DNA from: Fistulifera solaris
Taxonomy: Eukaryota
Direction of reading: 5' to 3'
Assembly (NCBI GenBank): GCA_030295235.1
Contig: AP026162.1
Span: 1,736,001 to 1,800,000, forward strand
DNA: 64,000 nucleotides
The notes beneath the pieces are model-generated. The model was not told where the DNA came from. It made no database searches and saw only the letters and a list, made by a program, of their open reading frames with translations. Below are positions 46,133-59,709 of the stretch, piece by piece. Every line of letters begins with the position of its first letter. Position 1 is the first letter of the stretch. Position numbers and translations under genes: made by a program.

Positions 46133-48773
46133 ATGAATACTACTTGCCGACGGCGGATACTTGAATTACTATGGTGCCTCATCTTGTTGGTGTCGGCCAA
46201 CGGTGAAACCCATCGACAATCCAATCGGCATCTGATAAAATCAAGTGGTAAATCAAAACGTCACGAGTTTAACATATTTGCGAGACATAAAGGAAGCGAA
46301 AAGAGTAAGGGGAAAGCGTCTTCCAGTAAAAGTAGCAAAGAGAAAGGAAAAGGATCTTCTAAAAAAAGCGACAGTGGGAAGGGAAAAGGAAGCTCCAGTA
46401 AAAGTCATAAATCAAAAGGCAAGGGAAAGGGATCAAAGCGGACGGCCACTCCAACAATCCACGATATTGAGTTCCCTACACTATCTCCTGTAGTTCATTC
46501 TTCCTCGTCGAAAAAGTCAAAAGGAAAAAAGTATAGCAAAAGGGAGCGAGGACCGTACCGTCCGTCCCACACCAAAATTAAATGATACTCCAACAGTGGC
46601 ACCTAGCATATCACCAACAAGAGCATCAACCGGAAGTCCCACACGGTCTCCCGTTACCGGTTCAATTCTCTTGCCCACCAACTCGCCATCAATGAATACG
46701 GCCGAGTCGCCAACGTCCTCGCCAGCTTTCACTCCTACTTTACCACCTGACGCCGGCCGCACCTCCGCGCCGACAGATCCGAATGACACCCCGACAGTGA
46801 CACCGACAGCACCAGATGATACCCCAACAGTGGCACCAACAGCATCAGATGATAGTCCAACAGTGGCACCAACAGCATCAGGTGATACCCCAACAGTGGC
46901 ACCAACAGAACCGAAGGACATTCCAACAGTGGCACCAACTTCTTCAGCAACTGAAACCTTAGCTCCAACTGCACCATCGGATGAAACAGCAAATCCAACC
47001 ATATCAGCGTTTCCAACCGGTACAACTTTCCCAACTGGAACTGCTTTTCCGACGACGTCAACGCCAGGTCCATCGTCTTCGTCGACCTCAGAAGCGAGTG
47101 AACCTTCGATCACGACAGCTCCTACCATTGCATCTACGTCCGAGCCTGCCGTCACCACAGCTCCTACTAGTGCAACTACAACGGCTCCAACTAGTGCAAC
47201 TACTTCTGAGCCTGCAATAACAACGGCTCCAACCAGTGCAACAACGTCCGAGCCTGACGTCACGACTGCTCCTACTAGCAGTGCTGCTACTGATGAGCCT
47301 GTCGAAACAACAGCGCCCACAAGTGCCACTACGCCTGAGCCTGCCGTCACGACTGCTCCCGTCACGACTGCTCCTACTAGTAGTGCTGCTACTGATGAGC
47401 CTGTCGAAACAACAGCGCCTACAAGCGCCACTACGCCTGATCCTTCCGTCACGACTGCTCCTACTAGCAGTGCTGCTACTGACGAGCCTGCCGTTACACC
47501 AGCTCCCACTAGTGCCAGAACAACGGATCCTTCTGTCACGACAGCTCCCAGCACTTCAGGTACAGATGATCCTTCTGAAACGACAGCTCCGAGCAGTGCG
47601 TCATCAGATCCGTCAGTCACGACAGCACCTAGCAGTTCTGGTACTGGTACAAGTGACCCTGCCGTCACGACAGCCCCCACCAGTGCCAGTTCTCCGGATC
47701 CTGTAGGTACGACAGCTCCTTCCAGTGCGACTACGTCTGATCCTGCCGTCACGACAGCTCCTTCGAGTGCGACTACGTCCGAGCCTGCCGTCACGATAGT
47801 TCCTACTAGTGCAGCTACATCTGAGCCTGCAACTACAACGGCACCCAGTAGTTCAGGTACGAGTGAACCTGTCATCACAACGGCCCCCAGCACTATTGGT
47901 ACCAGCGAACCTGCCGACACAATAGCGCCAACCCCCCAAACCGGATCAACTGCGCCAGCACCAACTCCTTCCCTGGCTCCCACAGTCAACTCGTCTGGTA
48001 CTGAATTAACACCATTTGCAATAGTATACAATACGAGCAACACGGCACAGCCATCCGAGGAGGACTTCGCAGAAGTAGAAAATCTCACCCTTGCATACAT
48101 CGATGAATTCCTGACCCAAGCATACGGTTATGTCGATGGTGTCGAATACTCCGGCATTGAGGGGGAGTGCGACGGGTCAAGCGTTTCAGCCGAATCGTAT
48201 AGGATTTGAAACCAGCATTATCTTTGATGAGACGTCGGAAACCGTTCCATCACAGGAAGACCTGGACGCGATTCTTGCTGTTGCATTTGAACCACCGCAA
48301 GTAGATATGTTCATCTCGATGTTGAACAATGAGCTAAGTCCCACAAATCCCATGTCAACAACTACTTCGGTCGTCTACACTGCAGTTCGACCAGAGACTG
48401 ACGACTCACAAGAAGGCCAACGCCTAGGTATCGTCGTGATGTTCACCGGAGTTTGCGTCCTTTCCATCATTTTGGGTGTTTATGTCACGGAGAAGCGACG
48501 CAGCAATCACAGTCAAAACAAAAGAAAACGAAACATCCCGTTGTCGACGAAATTACAGTGCTCCTAGACGAAATTTCGCGAGGCTCGTCTTCACGCATTT
48601 CTCGTTCGCGTGTTGCGTCGCCATACCTTGAAGACGATCGGTTAGTCGAGATCGAATTCTCCAGAGATGCGGAAGCATTAGATCCTCTTTGTTCAGATCC
48701 TTTCTCACTCTCGTGGCTTGACTCTTATTCCCTGTCAACGGCGAAATCAAGAAGACAAGCCACAGACCGATGA
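46133..48773 (+). CDS. Type-I membrane protein B: signal peptide, RXL, Lys/Ser/Gly-rich block, long Thr/Pro mucin-like repeats, lumenal domain, TM (frameshifted)
   Basis: RHL, SSKSSKEKGKGSSKK, many TTAP(T/S) and PTVAPT units, TM LGIVVMFTGVCVLSIILGVYV. Indels ~46555, ~48170, ~48540. Confidence 0.8.
46780..47900 (+). repeat. Coding tandem repeats (~33-51 bp units) encoding PTVAPT and EPAVTTAPTS
   Basis: CCAACAGTGGCACCAAC x4 (46824-46938); recurrent GTCACGAC(T/A)GC(T/A/C)CC. Confidence 0.9.
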
Positions 48774-49907
48774 TCCGAGTTTCCAGAAGGGACGTGTAAC
48801 GATACTGTTTGTTATTCATAGAGCATAGTACATGGTTTGTGCTACATCTGTCGAGCGTAAATCGATTTGCATGTAAATGATTGTCTTCTTTGGCAGTATA
48901 TCAGGTACTGCATGATATGAGGTCTGTTGAGGTTTGTGGCGCAATATTATGTTGTCTCCTTAGTCGATCCCGATGTTCATACTGTATACGAAGTGAAAGA
49001 CATCTCAATACTCTCATGCAGGAGATGTCTAAACATAAAGGTATAAATAGTTGCTGGAGCGATAAGGCCCTCTGGCCTTCATGTTGTACTCGAAATAGAC
49101 CTCAGTCGACATATCTTGCCCTCGAATAATTCATCATAGCAAACGACCGACAGCATGCGATTTTTACGTCCTTTCCACGAAGAAACTATGCGCTTTAACA
49201 TGAATGAAAGTATTCTTCATTGAGATGACAAGAGTCAAGAGATATCATTATTTCATGAAGTCGATTATAGCTAGACTAGCAACGAATGATGTGGGTCAAA
49301 AAATGCGCCAATTTTTTATGGGCATACGCCTTGTGTTTTTCATGAAAATGAGAGGAGATTATACAGTAGGCCACGAAGTACAAGAGTGACAATGTAAAAA
49401 TAAAGTGTAGTTTTAAAGTCGAAGCGGTACTTGCAGTCGCAGTGGGTTTAACAAATGTCGCTGGTGGAAGCACGGACAGACTGAACCCATGTAATTGATC
49501 GTGACTGAATGTTGTGCACTTTCCCGGGACACACCTTTATTATTTTTGTACTATAGGATGTTTCTGTAGTATTGGCTTCAACGGAAAATTGTTGAACATA
49601 GTAGTTCAGTCTATTTATACATGTATAAAATGTGTACTATGAGTAGTACCCTGGTAATGACCCACACCAGCGCGTCATTATTTTTTTGTCACCGTAGCAG
49701 ACAAATTTGTGTAGGCAATGTACTCAGGAGATCCGTCCATCCATCCGTTACATCGAATCTCGTCCTTTCTCCTCCATCGTCCATCGTGAGTGTGGCCTTT
49801 TGGCCTTTTGACGAAGTACGAACCGTACAAAGGCGCAAACAGCAAACCGCAATTACACATCATCGTCATTCACCACAAAGGTCACAAAGCCTTTTCGCAT
49901 TGCAACC

Positions 49908-51657
49908 ATGTCGGCTGATCCTGAAACCCGAGGCCCTGCGGCTTCTGACGACAAGCAGGACAACAAAAGAAATGGCAAGGACCGAAAGCGAGACGAAACT
50001 CCGATCGAGGAGCTTTATGATCTCAGCAAGCCGATTCCTAAGGTAAGACTGTCGCCGATGTAATATTGCTTTGCCACTGTGTGATTATTGGTGTGATAAG
50101 TCTTTGTTTGTTCTCTCCTTGTTCACGTGTATACGTTGCTGCAACCCGCCGCCGTTCTTTTTGTTATATCCGTTTTCTTACTCATTTTTTCCGTCCATCG
50201 TTGCATCTCCACGTTGCAATTACTTTGTAATCCTTTACGCTGTACAGGTCGATCGCCCCAACAAAGATGCCCACGAGAAAGAACTCGAGGCACTGAACAA
50301 CGCGATCAATGCTATCAAGGAGGAGCGCCAACAGATTCAGGACAAAATCGATGCGTTTATGGCGGACCCTGAAGCCAAGTCGGGTGTTCAAGCTATCCGC
50401 AACAAGTTTAACGAGATGAAGGCGAAGAAAAATGCGCTTATCGAAGAGAAGAAGTTCATGAGAGACGATATGGATAAAGTTAAGAACCAAGCTGATAAGA
50501 TCATGAAGGATAAGAAGGACACACGAAGCAACATGAAGTTCAACAGTATCGAAGATATCGACAAGGAAATTGCCAAGCTGAAGCGCATCCAGGAGACGAC
50601 CACCATGTCTTTAACCGATGAGAAGAAGCTAATCAAGGAGATGGATGCTTTGCAAGCCTCGAAGAAGTTTGTTTCGGAATTGAAGCAAAAGGATAACAGT
50701 TTGGAGGATGCCAAGGAGCAGCGAAAAAACATCGCACAGCAGATTGCTGCCAAAGATAAAGAGATCGATGCTTTGAGCAAAGAAATGGACGAAGTTATGG
50801 CCCAAATTAAGAACTACAACAGCCAGGGAAGATAAGAAGCGCGAAGCTATCCAGGGACTGTTCAAGTCTCGCGATGAGCTCAAAGTAAAGATGTCCGAAA
50901 AGATCAAAGAAAAGGATGCGATTCGTGATGCCTTCCGCGAGAGCAACAACGCATGGTACTCCTACCAGAGAGCTATTAAGGCGCAGAAGAAGATGCAGTA
51001 CGAAGAGGGAGAAAAAGAAGCGCGATGAAGAACGCGCTGCTTACCTGCCAAGCTTGAAGAAGAGGAAATGAAGAAAATTCCCTACGAAGAAGAGCAAGCG
51101 CTCTGCGACTTCCTCGCCGACTACTTGGAACGAACCTATCTCAAAAAAGATGACGACGAGGAGAAAGCTGAGAAAAAGGACGATGTCGTCGAAGTGCAAG
51201 ACGATCCTTTGCCAAATTCAAACCCGTCGTTAAGTCCGAGGAAGATTATTTTGGCAAAGGAAAGGGCAAGAAGAAGCGCACCCGACAGACCAAGAAGCCG
51301 GGTACGACTGCGGGACCGTTCACCCTTTCTCTCGATTTGATCGAACAGTTTGCAATGATCAGTTTGGTGCCTCCAACGTCTGTTGAACAGGTTGAAGAAA
51401 AGGTCAAGGACCTTCGCGAAAAGAAGGAATGGTTCAAACAGCAGCCACGCGGAAGCGTTCCCACGGCTCAAGACATTCGTAAGGCGAACGAAAAGGCCGT
51501 TGCTAAGCAACGGCAAGCAGACGAAACTGGCGCTGTCAAGAGCCGAAGCAATGCTGGAGGTTTTTCTTTGTCAAACGATGAGTTTACCCCTCTCGGTGCC
51601 GGAACTACTGCCGCTATGAACGCTTCGTGGGGACAGAAGGCCCCACTTTCTGGATAA
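49908..51657 (+). CDS. Bfr1 / proton-pump-interactor-like coiled-coil protein (frameshifted)
   Basis: RPNKDAHEKEL..L, FNSIEDIDKEIAKL..IQETTTMSLTDEKKLIKEM..L, IPYEEEQALCDFL..YL. Intron 50043-50247. Confidence 0.65.
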
Positions 51658-51975
51658 AAACATACGGAGTATATTGCAACTTAACCGGTATCCGGAACTT
51701 CCAAAAAAACTCCCTTTTAACATTTCAAGACTATTAATATTGGTTGATTTTTTAAATACCCTGTACAAGACTAAGAGTCGGATCCATTAGTTCATGGCTT
51801 CTCCCATTGACCAAAACTCGCGTGGGATGGATATGGTACGCACAAAGTATTGCATGATGATGTGTCAAGTTTATACTGGATGATGCAGTGTAGTAGAACA
51901 TGTGCGAAGCAGGGGTACACTACGCGTGTTTTTCGAAGATAACTGAAGAATTAAATCAGTTTACGATCTACGAAA

Positions 51976-53208
51976 CTATTCCTCTAGGTCGACTGGGTTC
52001 ACCAAAAGCTCCGAGAATGGTTTGAGCTTTTCAACACCGCGGACCTCGTGATCCAACAAAGGCATGAGCGTCACGTGGAAATCATCTCCGTACAGATCGA
52101 AGCACTGACCAATGTACTTGTCTTGCATTCGCTTTCGTGCCAACATTTTGGAGCAAATCTCCTGTGCTTCTTTCGGCAAACCACTGGCGTTCGCTTCGTA
52201 CCACTCGGACAACTCCTCGGCATCTTTCTCGGGGAAGAGTACTTGGTTGACAACAATATTGTGCGAGTCAATCCCGTACTTGGACAGCTCTTGAACCAAA
52301 CGCTCTGTTTCATAAATGGACAAGAATTCTGGAATGCAAACACACACGAATGTGGTCTTTGCGGGGTCCTGGAACTGCGCGTTGACCTTGGCGATGACCG
52401 CTCTGGTTTCTTCTAATTTTCCGAGCATGTGCTCTTGCGCCGCAGCCGGGTTGTTTCCTCCCGACATGAGAGCCGTGGCTTGACCAATGAGACCACCAAA
52501 GCGATCCTTGAGTTCCCAAACCTTGGCAAAGGCCTTTTCAAGGATGGTAGGAAACGACAAAAGGCGCAACGTGTGCCCGGTGGGTGCCGTATCAAAGACG
52601 ACGACATCAAAGTCCAACTGCTGTACCTGCTTCATGAGTTCCGAGAACGACATGGCTTCGTCAATACCAGGAATACTGTTTTGCAAGTCACTGAACATTT
52701 GGTTGAAAATATCATTTTCATCCTCGGCCGAATCGATTTCCGAGGCGACTTCCTGTGATGCATCAATCTCCATGGCGCAAAGATTGTCAAAGCCATTGAT
52801 GGGTGTGGGTTCTCTGCCGATTTTCTGGCAAAAAGCATCCGAAAGATTGTGTGCTGGATCTGTCGAAACCAGGAGAACCTAAATGAAAACAAGAAGACGA
52901 GTTAGGCAAACGTTCGCAGTGTTTGAATGCGAAGAGCCCTGATATTCTCGTACGAACCTTCTTTCGGGACATGGCGAGCTGCACACCAAGGCAGCATGAC
53001 GTTGTAGTTTTTCCAACTCCACCTTTTCCTCCTGTGAAAATAACAGCAAGTGAGTAAATCCGCTATGGTATTACATTTAAATTATGAATAAATGGACATG
53101 TTTGATGTTTCACGTACCCACAAAGACCCACTGAAGGGTCGTTTGATCGATGATGTTTTTAAGGCTGGGATCCGGGAGATCGGCGTCGTCAATCTCGTTG
53201 GCTGTCAT
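51976..53208 (-). CDS. GET3: GET3/ASNA1 (ArsA-family) ATPase
   Basis: [67 protein letters not shown]. Two introns. Confidence 0.95.
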
Positions 53209-53710
53209 GATGTTTACAAGCTGAAGAGAAGCCGAAAGGGAATGGAAAAGGGTTAGTAACGATGTTTGTTTGTTGTTAGCTTTCACAACGCCGTACTTAT
53301 TCGAGTTGATGCTCGTCGCTCGTCGCGATGATGCTGATCGAACGATGTATAAAATAAATACAACCGTTACTCCATGTACACTGAAAGCCATACTAATAGT
53401 CAATACTATTGTCTAGAGTGTTTTCTCGTTTATCTGTGGTCCGCATTGCTCGTGACTCACTGACGACGGATGCCTCGTGACTGAACGGCTAACTTTCACT
53501 CCACGTGGATCTGCCTCGCGACGACTGTCGGCCTTTATTATTTGCTGCCAATCTGCCGTTGCCGTTGTTGTGTTTTGCAGAGTCAAAATTACAATCATTA
53601 ACAGAGCATTAAGCTACGTCTTACCATTCACTTACCGCACTATACGTACCAGTGTTAAACGCCTTTCAACGGAGCGACAATCGCCGAACAAACAATACGA
53701 AAAGTCGAAA

Positions 53711-54760
53711 ATGAGACGAGGCTCTCTACTGCACCTCTTTTTGAAATTACACCTTGTTTTCGCCCTTGTGGACTTCGTGAATGCGAAAACAGATGCACCT
53801 CGTCGGACGTTTCAACACAGAATACACAGCTCTCGAGAAGCGACGACCAGAAGAGTGTCGTCTCGTCAGAATGGATCAAAGTCATCTCTGGATATTTTGA
53901 ATTCCTTACCCCGAGGAGGTTCCACCGCCACGAAGGACAACCTCGATGCGTATCGTTTACAACAACAACTATATTTACAGAGCCGGTCGCTGCAGCTGCG
54001 ACAAGCACTCATTCAGCGTGGTGTTTTGGAATTTCAGCACACCGAATCGAGTCAAGTCGCCCAAAATGTCGACTGGGATTGCGCCTTGGCGACTGCCGAT
54101 CACCCCAAGTCGTGTCTTTTCTCGTTCGATGCAGAGGAAGGCAGCAAAGTTATTGCGCCGATCGATACGCAACAATGGATTACATTATCCGCTCTCAATC
54201 GGCTTCGTCGCAATGATCCGACGAAAGTTGAACCTCTGTGGCATTCTCAATACAATATCTTGCAAACATGGTTCCACCCAAACAAGAGTCCCTACTCTCT
54301 TTACACGCACCTATCGCCGGTAGGCACCTTTCTTTCGTGTCTATTGGATGCTCCTCTTTTGCTCGGCGCATCCATGATCCTCGCATGCACGTTTCTTTTT
54401 CTTGCCACGTTTCCTTTCTGGGAATGGCTGATCAAAAGGATTCTGACCAGTCACATCATGTGGATCAATTATCACCAGTGGGCTCGGTTTACGCGTGCTG
54501 CTTTGCCGCTGAAGCTACTGTTGGGTCAAATGGCCTGGAAAGGTCTGGCGAACGTGTTTGGTCAGATTTACGGCAAAATCCGGACTTATTTGGTAGAGAT
54601 TGAGTGTCAACTACTGGAACAATCGATTCCATTAACGATTCTGGAGGGTACCAGTGGAAGTCCGGACGCAGACGAAGAGGGCGACGACGACGAATTCGAC
54701 GGTAATGATAGCGACGAAGATGATGCCGCATCGGATGAAGATGGCGACGAAGACCTATAG
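53711..54760 (+). CDS. Hypothetical membrane protein with signal peptide, PRGG motif and acidic tail
   Basis: Long ORF; hydrophobic N-terminus, central TM segment, D/E-rich end. Confidence 0.7.
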   Translation: MRRGSLLHLFLKLHLVFALVDFVNAKTDAPRRTFQHRIHSSREATTRRVSSRQNGSKSSLDILNSLPRGGSTATKDNLDAYRLQQQLYLQSRSLQLRQALIQRGVLEFQHTESSQVAQNVDWDCALATADHPKSCLFSFDAEEGSKVIAPIDTQQWITLSALNRLRRNDPTKVEPLWHSQYNILQTWFHPNKSPYSLYTHLSPVGTFLSCLLDAPLLLGASMILACTFLFLATFPFWEWLIKRILTSHIMWINYHQWARFTRAALPLKLLLGQMAWKGLANVFGQIYGKIRTYLVEIECQLLEQSIPLTILEGTSGSPDADEEGDDDEFDGNDSDEDDAASDEDGDEDL

Positions 54761-54808
54761 TCAATACAACATAGAAACGTGTTACGAAGTACTCGGTTCC
54801 TACTTGTA

Positions 54809-56478
54809 TTATCCTAGCCAAGCTACTAATTCGTCATGACGTGGCACATGACTTAGATCGCTTCCAACTGACGCTAAGCAAGGAGGCTTCTCGAGTGCCT
54901 TTTGAGCAACTTGCCTCAAATCTTCCTTCGTCACCGCGTCGATCTTTTTACAGGTCACATTCATATTTTCTCGTTGCCCATACGTCAACACCTGTCGCCC
55001 CATATCTTCAAATAGTACCAGTCGAGACTCCAATTGCGTCAAGACGTTGCATTTGAGCATGTTTCGTGCACGATCCAGCTCCTCGTCGCTAACATGATTG
55101 ACTGCCAGCTGCGCCAAATGGTGGGTAAAAACTTGTACCATGTTACGGGCGTTTTCTGGCATCGTCGAGCCAGAAATCCCCCAAATGCCTGATTCGCTAT
55201 GAAAAGCAGTGTAAGCTTCCGCACTCTCTGCCCAACCAAACTGATTCAAAACCCGGCGATATAGGCGACTGTACATGCCTTTACCCGGTCCTCCGGCAGA
55301 AAATGAGGAACCTCCGCCCAACAGCGTCTGTAACACACAAGTAGCAACTAATGCGTCAGAATGCCAGCCTCCAACTTCAAACCCTACACCTATGCGCACA
55401 AGACCATCGACCGTAGGGCGTTCCACTCGTTTTTCACCTCCTCGGTACTGGGATGGTTTTACAACGCTGCGTCCCTCGTCCTTTTGTTTCCAAATGCCCA
55501 AATAATTCATCTGCTTTATTAACTAGAAAGTCGTGTCGAATACCAGCTCCGCCTATCGCCAAGCCTTTTGGATTTTGAACAAACTGCCGCTGCCAGTAGC
55601 CGTGAACTGTGTCGGCAGATAGCTCAGCGAGTGCTTCTGTGGGACAGAAATGCGGTTGACCTAATTGTTGATTTCCCCCGTACGCTGCTTCTTGCAGAGC
55701 CTCGCTCAGTAACAACTCCGGCATCATGTCCATGGCTTGAAAACCAAGTGCCATCTTGGCATCTTCTACTTCCTCTGGCAAAAACCTTGCTTCCAGCAGA
55801 ACCTCTTTGAGCAAATCCAGCGCATTCTCTACGTTAGGTCGCAACAAATCAATACAGTGTAAGGACTGTTCCCGACCCGTCGACACAAAGCGTTGACCTC
55901 CCCAATCCTGCAACAAAGTATTCACTTGGGGTCCCATATACTTGTTCGTGGCCCCAAAGGCTAAAACTTCGAGCAAATTCGTTACCCCCGTTTCACCCGG
56001 ACGTTCGAGGCGACTCCCGACCTCACAGACGGCACCAATCGTGCTGACTTGACCGTATGTTTCTTGAGAAACCACCCGAATGCCATTATCCAGTGTCGTT
56101 ACTACAGTTTCAGGAACTTCCAATTGATCGGCCGGAAAATTGGGAGGAATGGAGGCGGGAACTTCGTTCGTAATCGCATAAGCTGAACTGAGTTTTGTGT
56201 TCAGTTTTTGCGCTGCTCCGATCGGATCTCCTCGATCTGCTGCGGACTTAATGCTTGCGCATCATCGAAACGATCCTCTGACAACCGACGAGCTGGCCAC
56301 GAGCGAGGGGTTTTCTCGACGTCCTTAGCTTTCGTGCGTTTGATCTCTGGAGGTTCTTTCGCTAAAGGGTATTCATACACACTGTAGGAGCTCGCACAAC
56401 GCTTTGATCGAACTACCCGGGCAGCAAAGGTCGACGCCTCGAAAGCTTACGAAAGGCCACGAGGCTGTGAGAAGACAT
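54809..56478 (-). CDS. PMPCA: Mitochondrial processing peptidase alpha subunit (M16B), frameshifted
   Basis: TTLDNGIRVVSQE, GSRLE, glycine-rich loop LLGGGSSFSAGGPGKGMYSRLY, LESR.V.FED.GRQVL; Arg-rich presequence. Confidence 0.92.
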
Positions 56479-57092
56479 GGCAAGCCAGCAGAATGTCGAG
56501 GTTTATGTGATCTAATGTAACACAGAACGGACGACGACTTTCAAATCAAATAATATCATCGAAAGATGATGTTGCCCTTGGATGCGGAGATGTGAACGGA
56601 GGAAACTGCGCGTCGCAAAAAAAATCATTCGCCCGTTTTGTTGGTCGCGAGAGACGGATGGACAGGCAGATTTACTGTAACCCAAAATGTAAAGTGAGCT
56701 GGTGCCACGTGAAAAAATACCAGGCAAAAGGAAAAGTCTCTGGAGAAGTGGTAAATTGAAGAATAAGGGAATGTATTGTAAATGCTGCAAAAGGAAAATA
56801 CATAATACGAGTAATGTAAGCTAACAAGATTAGGTGGCACTTTTGTCTCGTAGAAGTGATATTGATTGATTCATGACTAAAAGGCAGTCACGGAGATAGT
56901 CATCTACACTTCAGGCTAAAGTAGATAAGGAAATTAAGGTTGAATTGTAAATTTTGGAATTTTGAGAGGCTTGCAGAATAGTTGAAGGTGAGGTGACAAT
57001 CTGACTTGCAAGAATAATCATGAACATAAATCTAATCTGTATTGTTTGATTCCCCAAACTCGCTAAACGACAAGAAAGTCGGCATTTGTTTG

Positions 57093-59176
57093 TTAGCGTG
57101 ATGAATCTGTGCTCCTGGTTAAGTTGCATAAATTATACAATATGGCATGGTATCGCCTCATACCACTATCGAGCGAGGTAGAACCGGGATTTTTTAAGTG
57201 AAAGCTCACGCTTGTTCGTGATATTTGACCCAAACCTTCTTTCCATGCTATGCCGTGCTGTTCGACAAGCTTTTTCCAGTCTTGAGCGGGTTTCTCTTTG
57301 CTCCAGGCAGCGTGCTGGTCTGCATTCCACGTGTGGTATCGAGTCTCATTGCGATCATCGTTCGTATCTGTGCAAAGTACACCAGCTGATCGAAAGCAAG
57401 ATGATGCAAGTCTATCCTCATAAGAAGCTCTCCAGTGCGGCATACATGTTGGATGATCGAACAGCTCTTCCACCAAAAGTCTCAATGCGGCTCGGTTTAT
57501 TGTATATCCGGATCCACCATTGCAGTACCGTCGCTTCTTGAGAGCGAGAGAACCACCCAATAACAAGGGCATTGCATCATCCCAAGGTCCCTTCCACGAC
57601 CCAGTTGCTGCAGTAAAACGCAAATTCTCAGGAATGAGATAGTGATCGTCCCCACCAATATGAAACAGATCAAAATCATTCAAATAATGATCGTATGCAT
57701 AGTGAAACATAGCTCTCACTTTCATCCACATATTGTCATATATTTCCGGACCCTCATGCAACAAGTGAACGGCCCCAATCGACTTGTCCGTTAGATTCGA
57801 CGCCGCAAAGAATCCATCACATCGAGGGGCCCATGTCTCCGCGATTGCTTGTAAGCGCGAATGCCCATTCGATTGCGTGTAAACCATACAAAGAACTTGT
57901 TTCTGATTCTGATGTGCAGTTGCGATTTCTATCTTTTTGAGCCCTTGGTATCCGTATTTTCCTTCGTCCCCTTCCCCAAAAGGGATCTCACACACCCCTT
58001 TCGGTTCGTCGGATACATGATAGTTGAAAGCTTGCGGATGCTTTTTGATGTAATAAGGGTCGTGCACGTAGCCGGGATTACCATACTCATCCAAAGCACC
58101 TAGAACTTTTTTCCAAAATTTATCGCAAGCTCCATGAAGAATTGAATGAACCCTGATGAGAGATATCACTGTATCGAAAGGTTTTTGTGGTTGTGTTGCC
58201 AAGACTTCCCATGCACTCGGCAACGTTATTTCCGAGTATCGCCTCAAATGCGCCCATTTCTCTTGTCGGTCGCGAGCTTTGTTGGGACGAAGACACGAGG
58301 CCGGAGCTCCCGAAAGACAGGATGATATCCAATTTTGAACAGCCAAAAAGTCACTACCTTTCAGTACATGCGAGCAGTGTTGTAGCAATTTCGCAGTCGG
58401 TTGATTGCCAGCACGTGGACGATCGCAGCCGGGTGCTTTCATTGGTCGCTCCCAAACAGTTCTCGATATTCTCTGTTTGTTTCGGCATTTTGAAGGATCC
58501 AGCTTTGTACGACCAAAGGCTGGTCATGATTGGAGATTTGGTTGGATTGCAAGATGTAAAAAAAGTTCTCGGGAACAAAATAGGACCGATTCGGATCCAG
58601 CCAATGAAACCACCGGTACTGACTCAATTCAGAAATGAAAGCAAAAACAGCTTGTAATCCGTCAGTCGTTGCGGGAATATGAATACGATGGAGATTGTTG
58701 TCTGATTGTTGAGATATAGCAGCGCCTTGGAGAGTCATGTAAATTTGTAAGAAACCGTCACATTTTCCTCGAAGTGTCTGAAGAAGAAAGCCATCTGTTT
58801 CCTTGGTTGCATTATTATCGGCAATCCAAACGCACAGGAGTGCATGTTCGTCCGTTCTTGATATTGGCGTTTGCTGGAAGAAATAGTGCAATCGGTAAAG
58901 CACTTGGTATCCCATTCTCCCGCCTTCTTCTGTTCCTTCCCCGGGGAGGATTGAACATACCTCAGGAAGATGCGTTTCCCAGGGCGCCTGCGTCTGGTTG
59001 CAGGTTAAAGCCAACCTGAAAACTTCCCGTCGACCTTGAATCGTTTCTGGAATGAAAGATAATACAGATTCGGCGGAGTCGGTGCTTCGAATGGCGCGAT
59101 TGTTCAAAAGAAAGGCGATGCTCGTCCACGCCAAGAAAACGACGAGACAACTCAGTTTGAGACGCGGAGACGTCAT
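57093..59176 (-). CDS. GT31 (C1GALT1/Fringe-like) glycosyltransferase with a degenerate N-terminal second GT-like domain
   Basis: N-terminal TM; TWAPRCDGF, NMWMKVR, FHIGGDDHYLIPENLR, YCNGGSGY.INR.AL, EDRL..SCF, SVSFH. Indel ~58440. Confidence 0.85.
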
Positions 59177-59709
59177 TCTTCTCGCATCCTTTCGTTTCTC
59201 CGACTAGCTACTAGATGATGCAATGAAATTTCCAATGCAAGGACAACATCGTGATGGAGGAACAAGAGTAGGTGCAATGAGGAAAAACTGACGATGACCG
59301 ACGCTGGGGCTATACTTTTGTCTTTTTGCGCGACAGCCATTTGCGCCAAAGAGGCTAACGCAGAAAGTACTAAATGGAAAAAATGAATAAGTAGAAGGTG
59401 ATTAGGAACGTTAAGCTTATTTAATGTAAATAACGTCTAAATCTATTTCTTGCACGAAAGTGAACCGGCCGGCGCTTCTTTCCTTTCTGCTTTCGAAAAA
59501 TCACGCGATGCATGATTGAACGCAACGCAACAGGTTGCTGTGCAAGCAAGGTGCTCTTAGACTGATCCTTCATTGTCGAGTTTTGAAGAACTGTCGAGTT
59601 TTGAAGAACAGCAACCAAAATTGAAGAGAATAAATAACTTTAACTAAGTGGGCTGGACGCGCATTCGCTTCTCGACAATTCTCGCTACAAGTTCAAAATA
59701 GAAAAGAAT

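Noticed and set aside
46517..48100. 527-aa minus-strand ORF rich in VGAVV
   Set aside because: It is the antisense shadow of the Thr/Pro repeat gene.
51857..51946. Possible C/D snoRNA (ATGATGA...CTGA)
   Set aside because: The terminal stem is weak, I recognise no rRNA guide, and it lies between convergent 3' ends.
51976..53208. Bacterial arsenite-resistance ArsA or horizontal transfer
   Set aside because: It is a single-domain, intron-containing, typical eukaryotic GET3.
59574..59609. 18-bp tandem duplication TGTCGAGTTTTGAAGAAC
   Set aside because: An isolated slippage-type duplication with no further structure.
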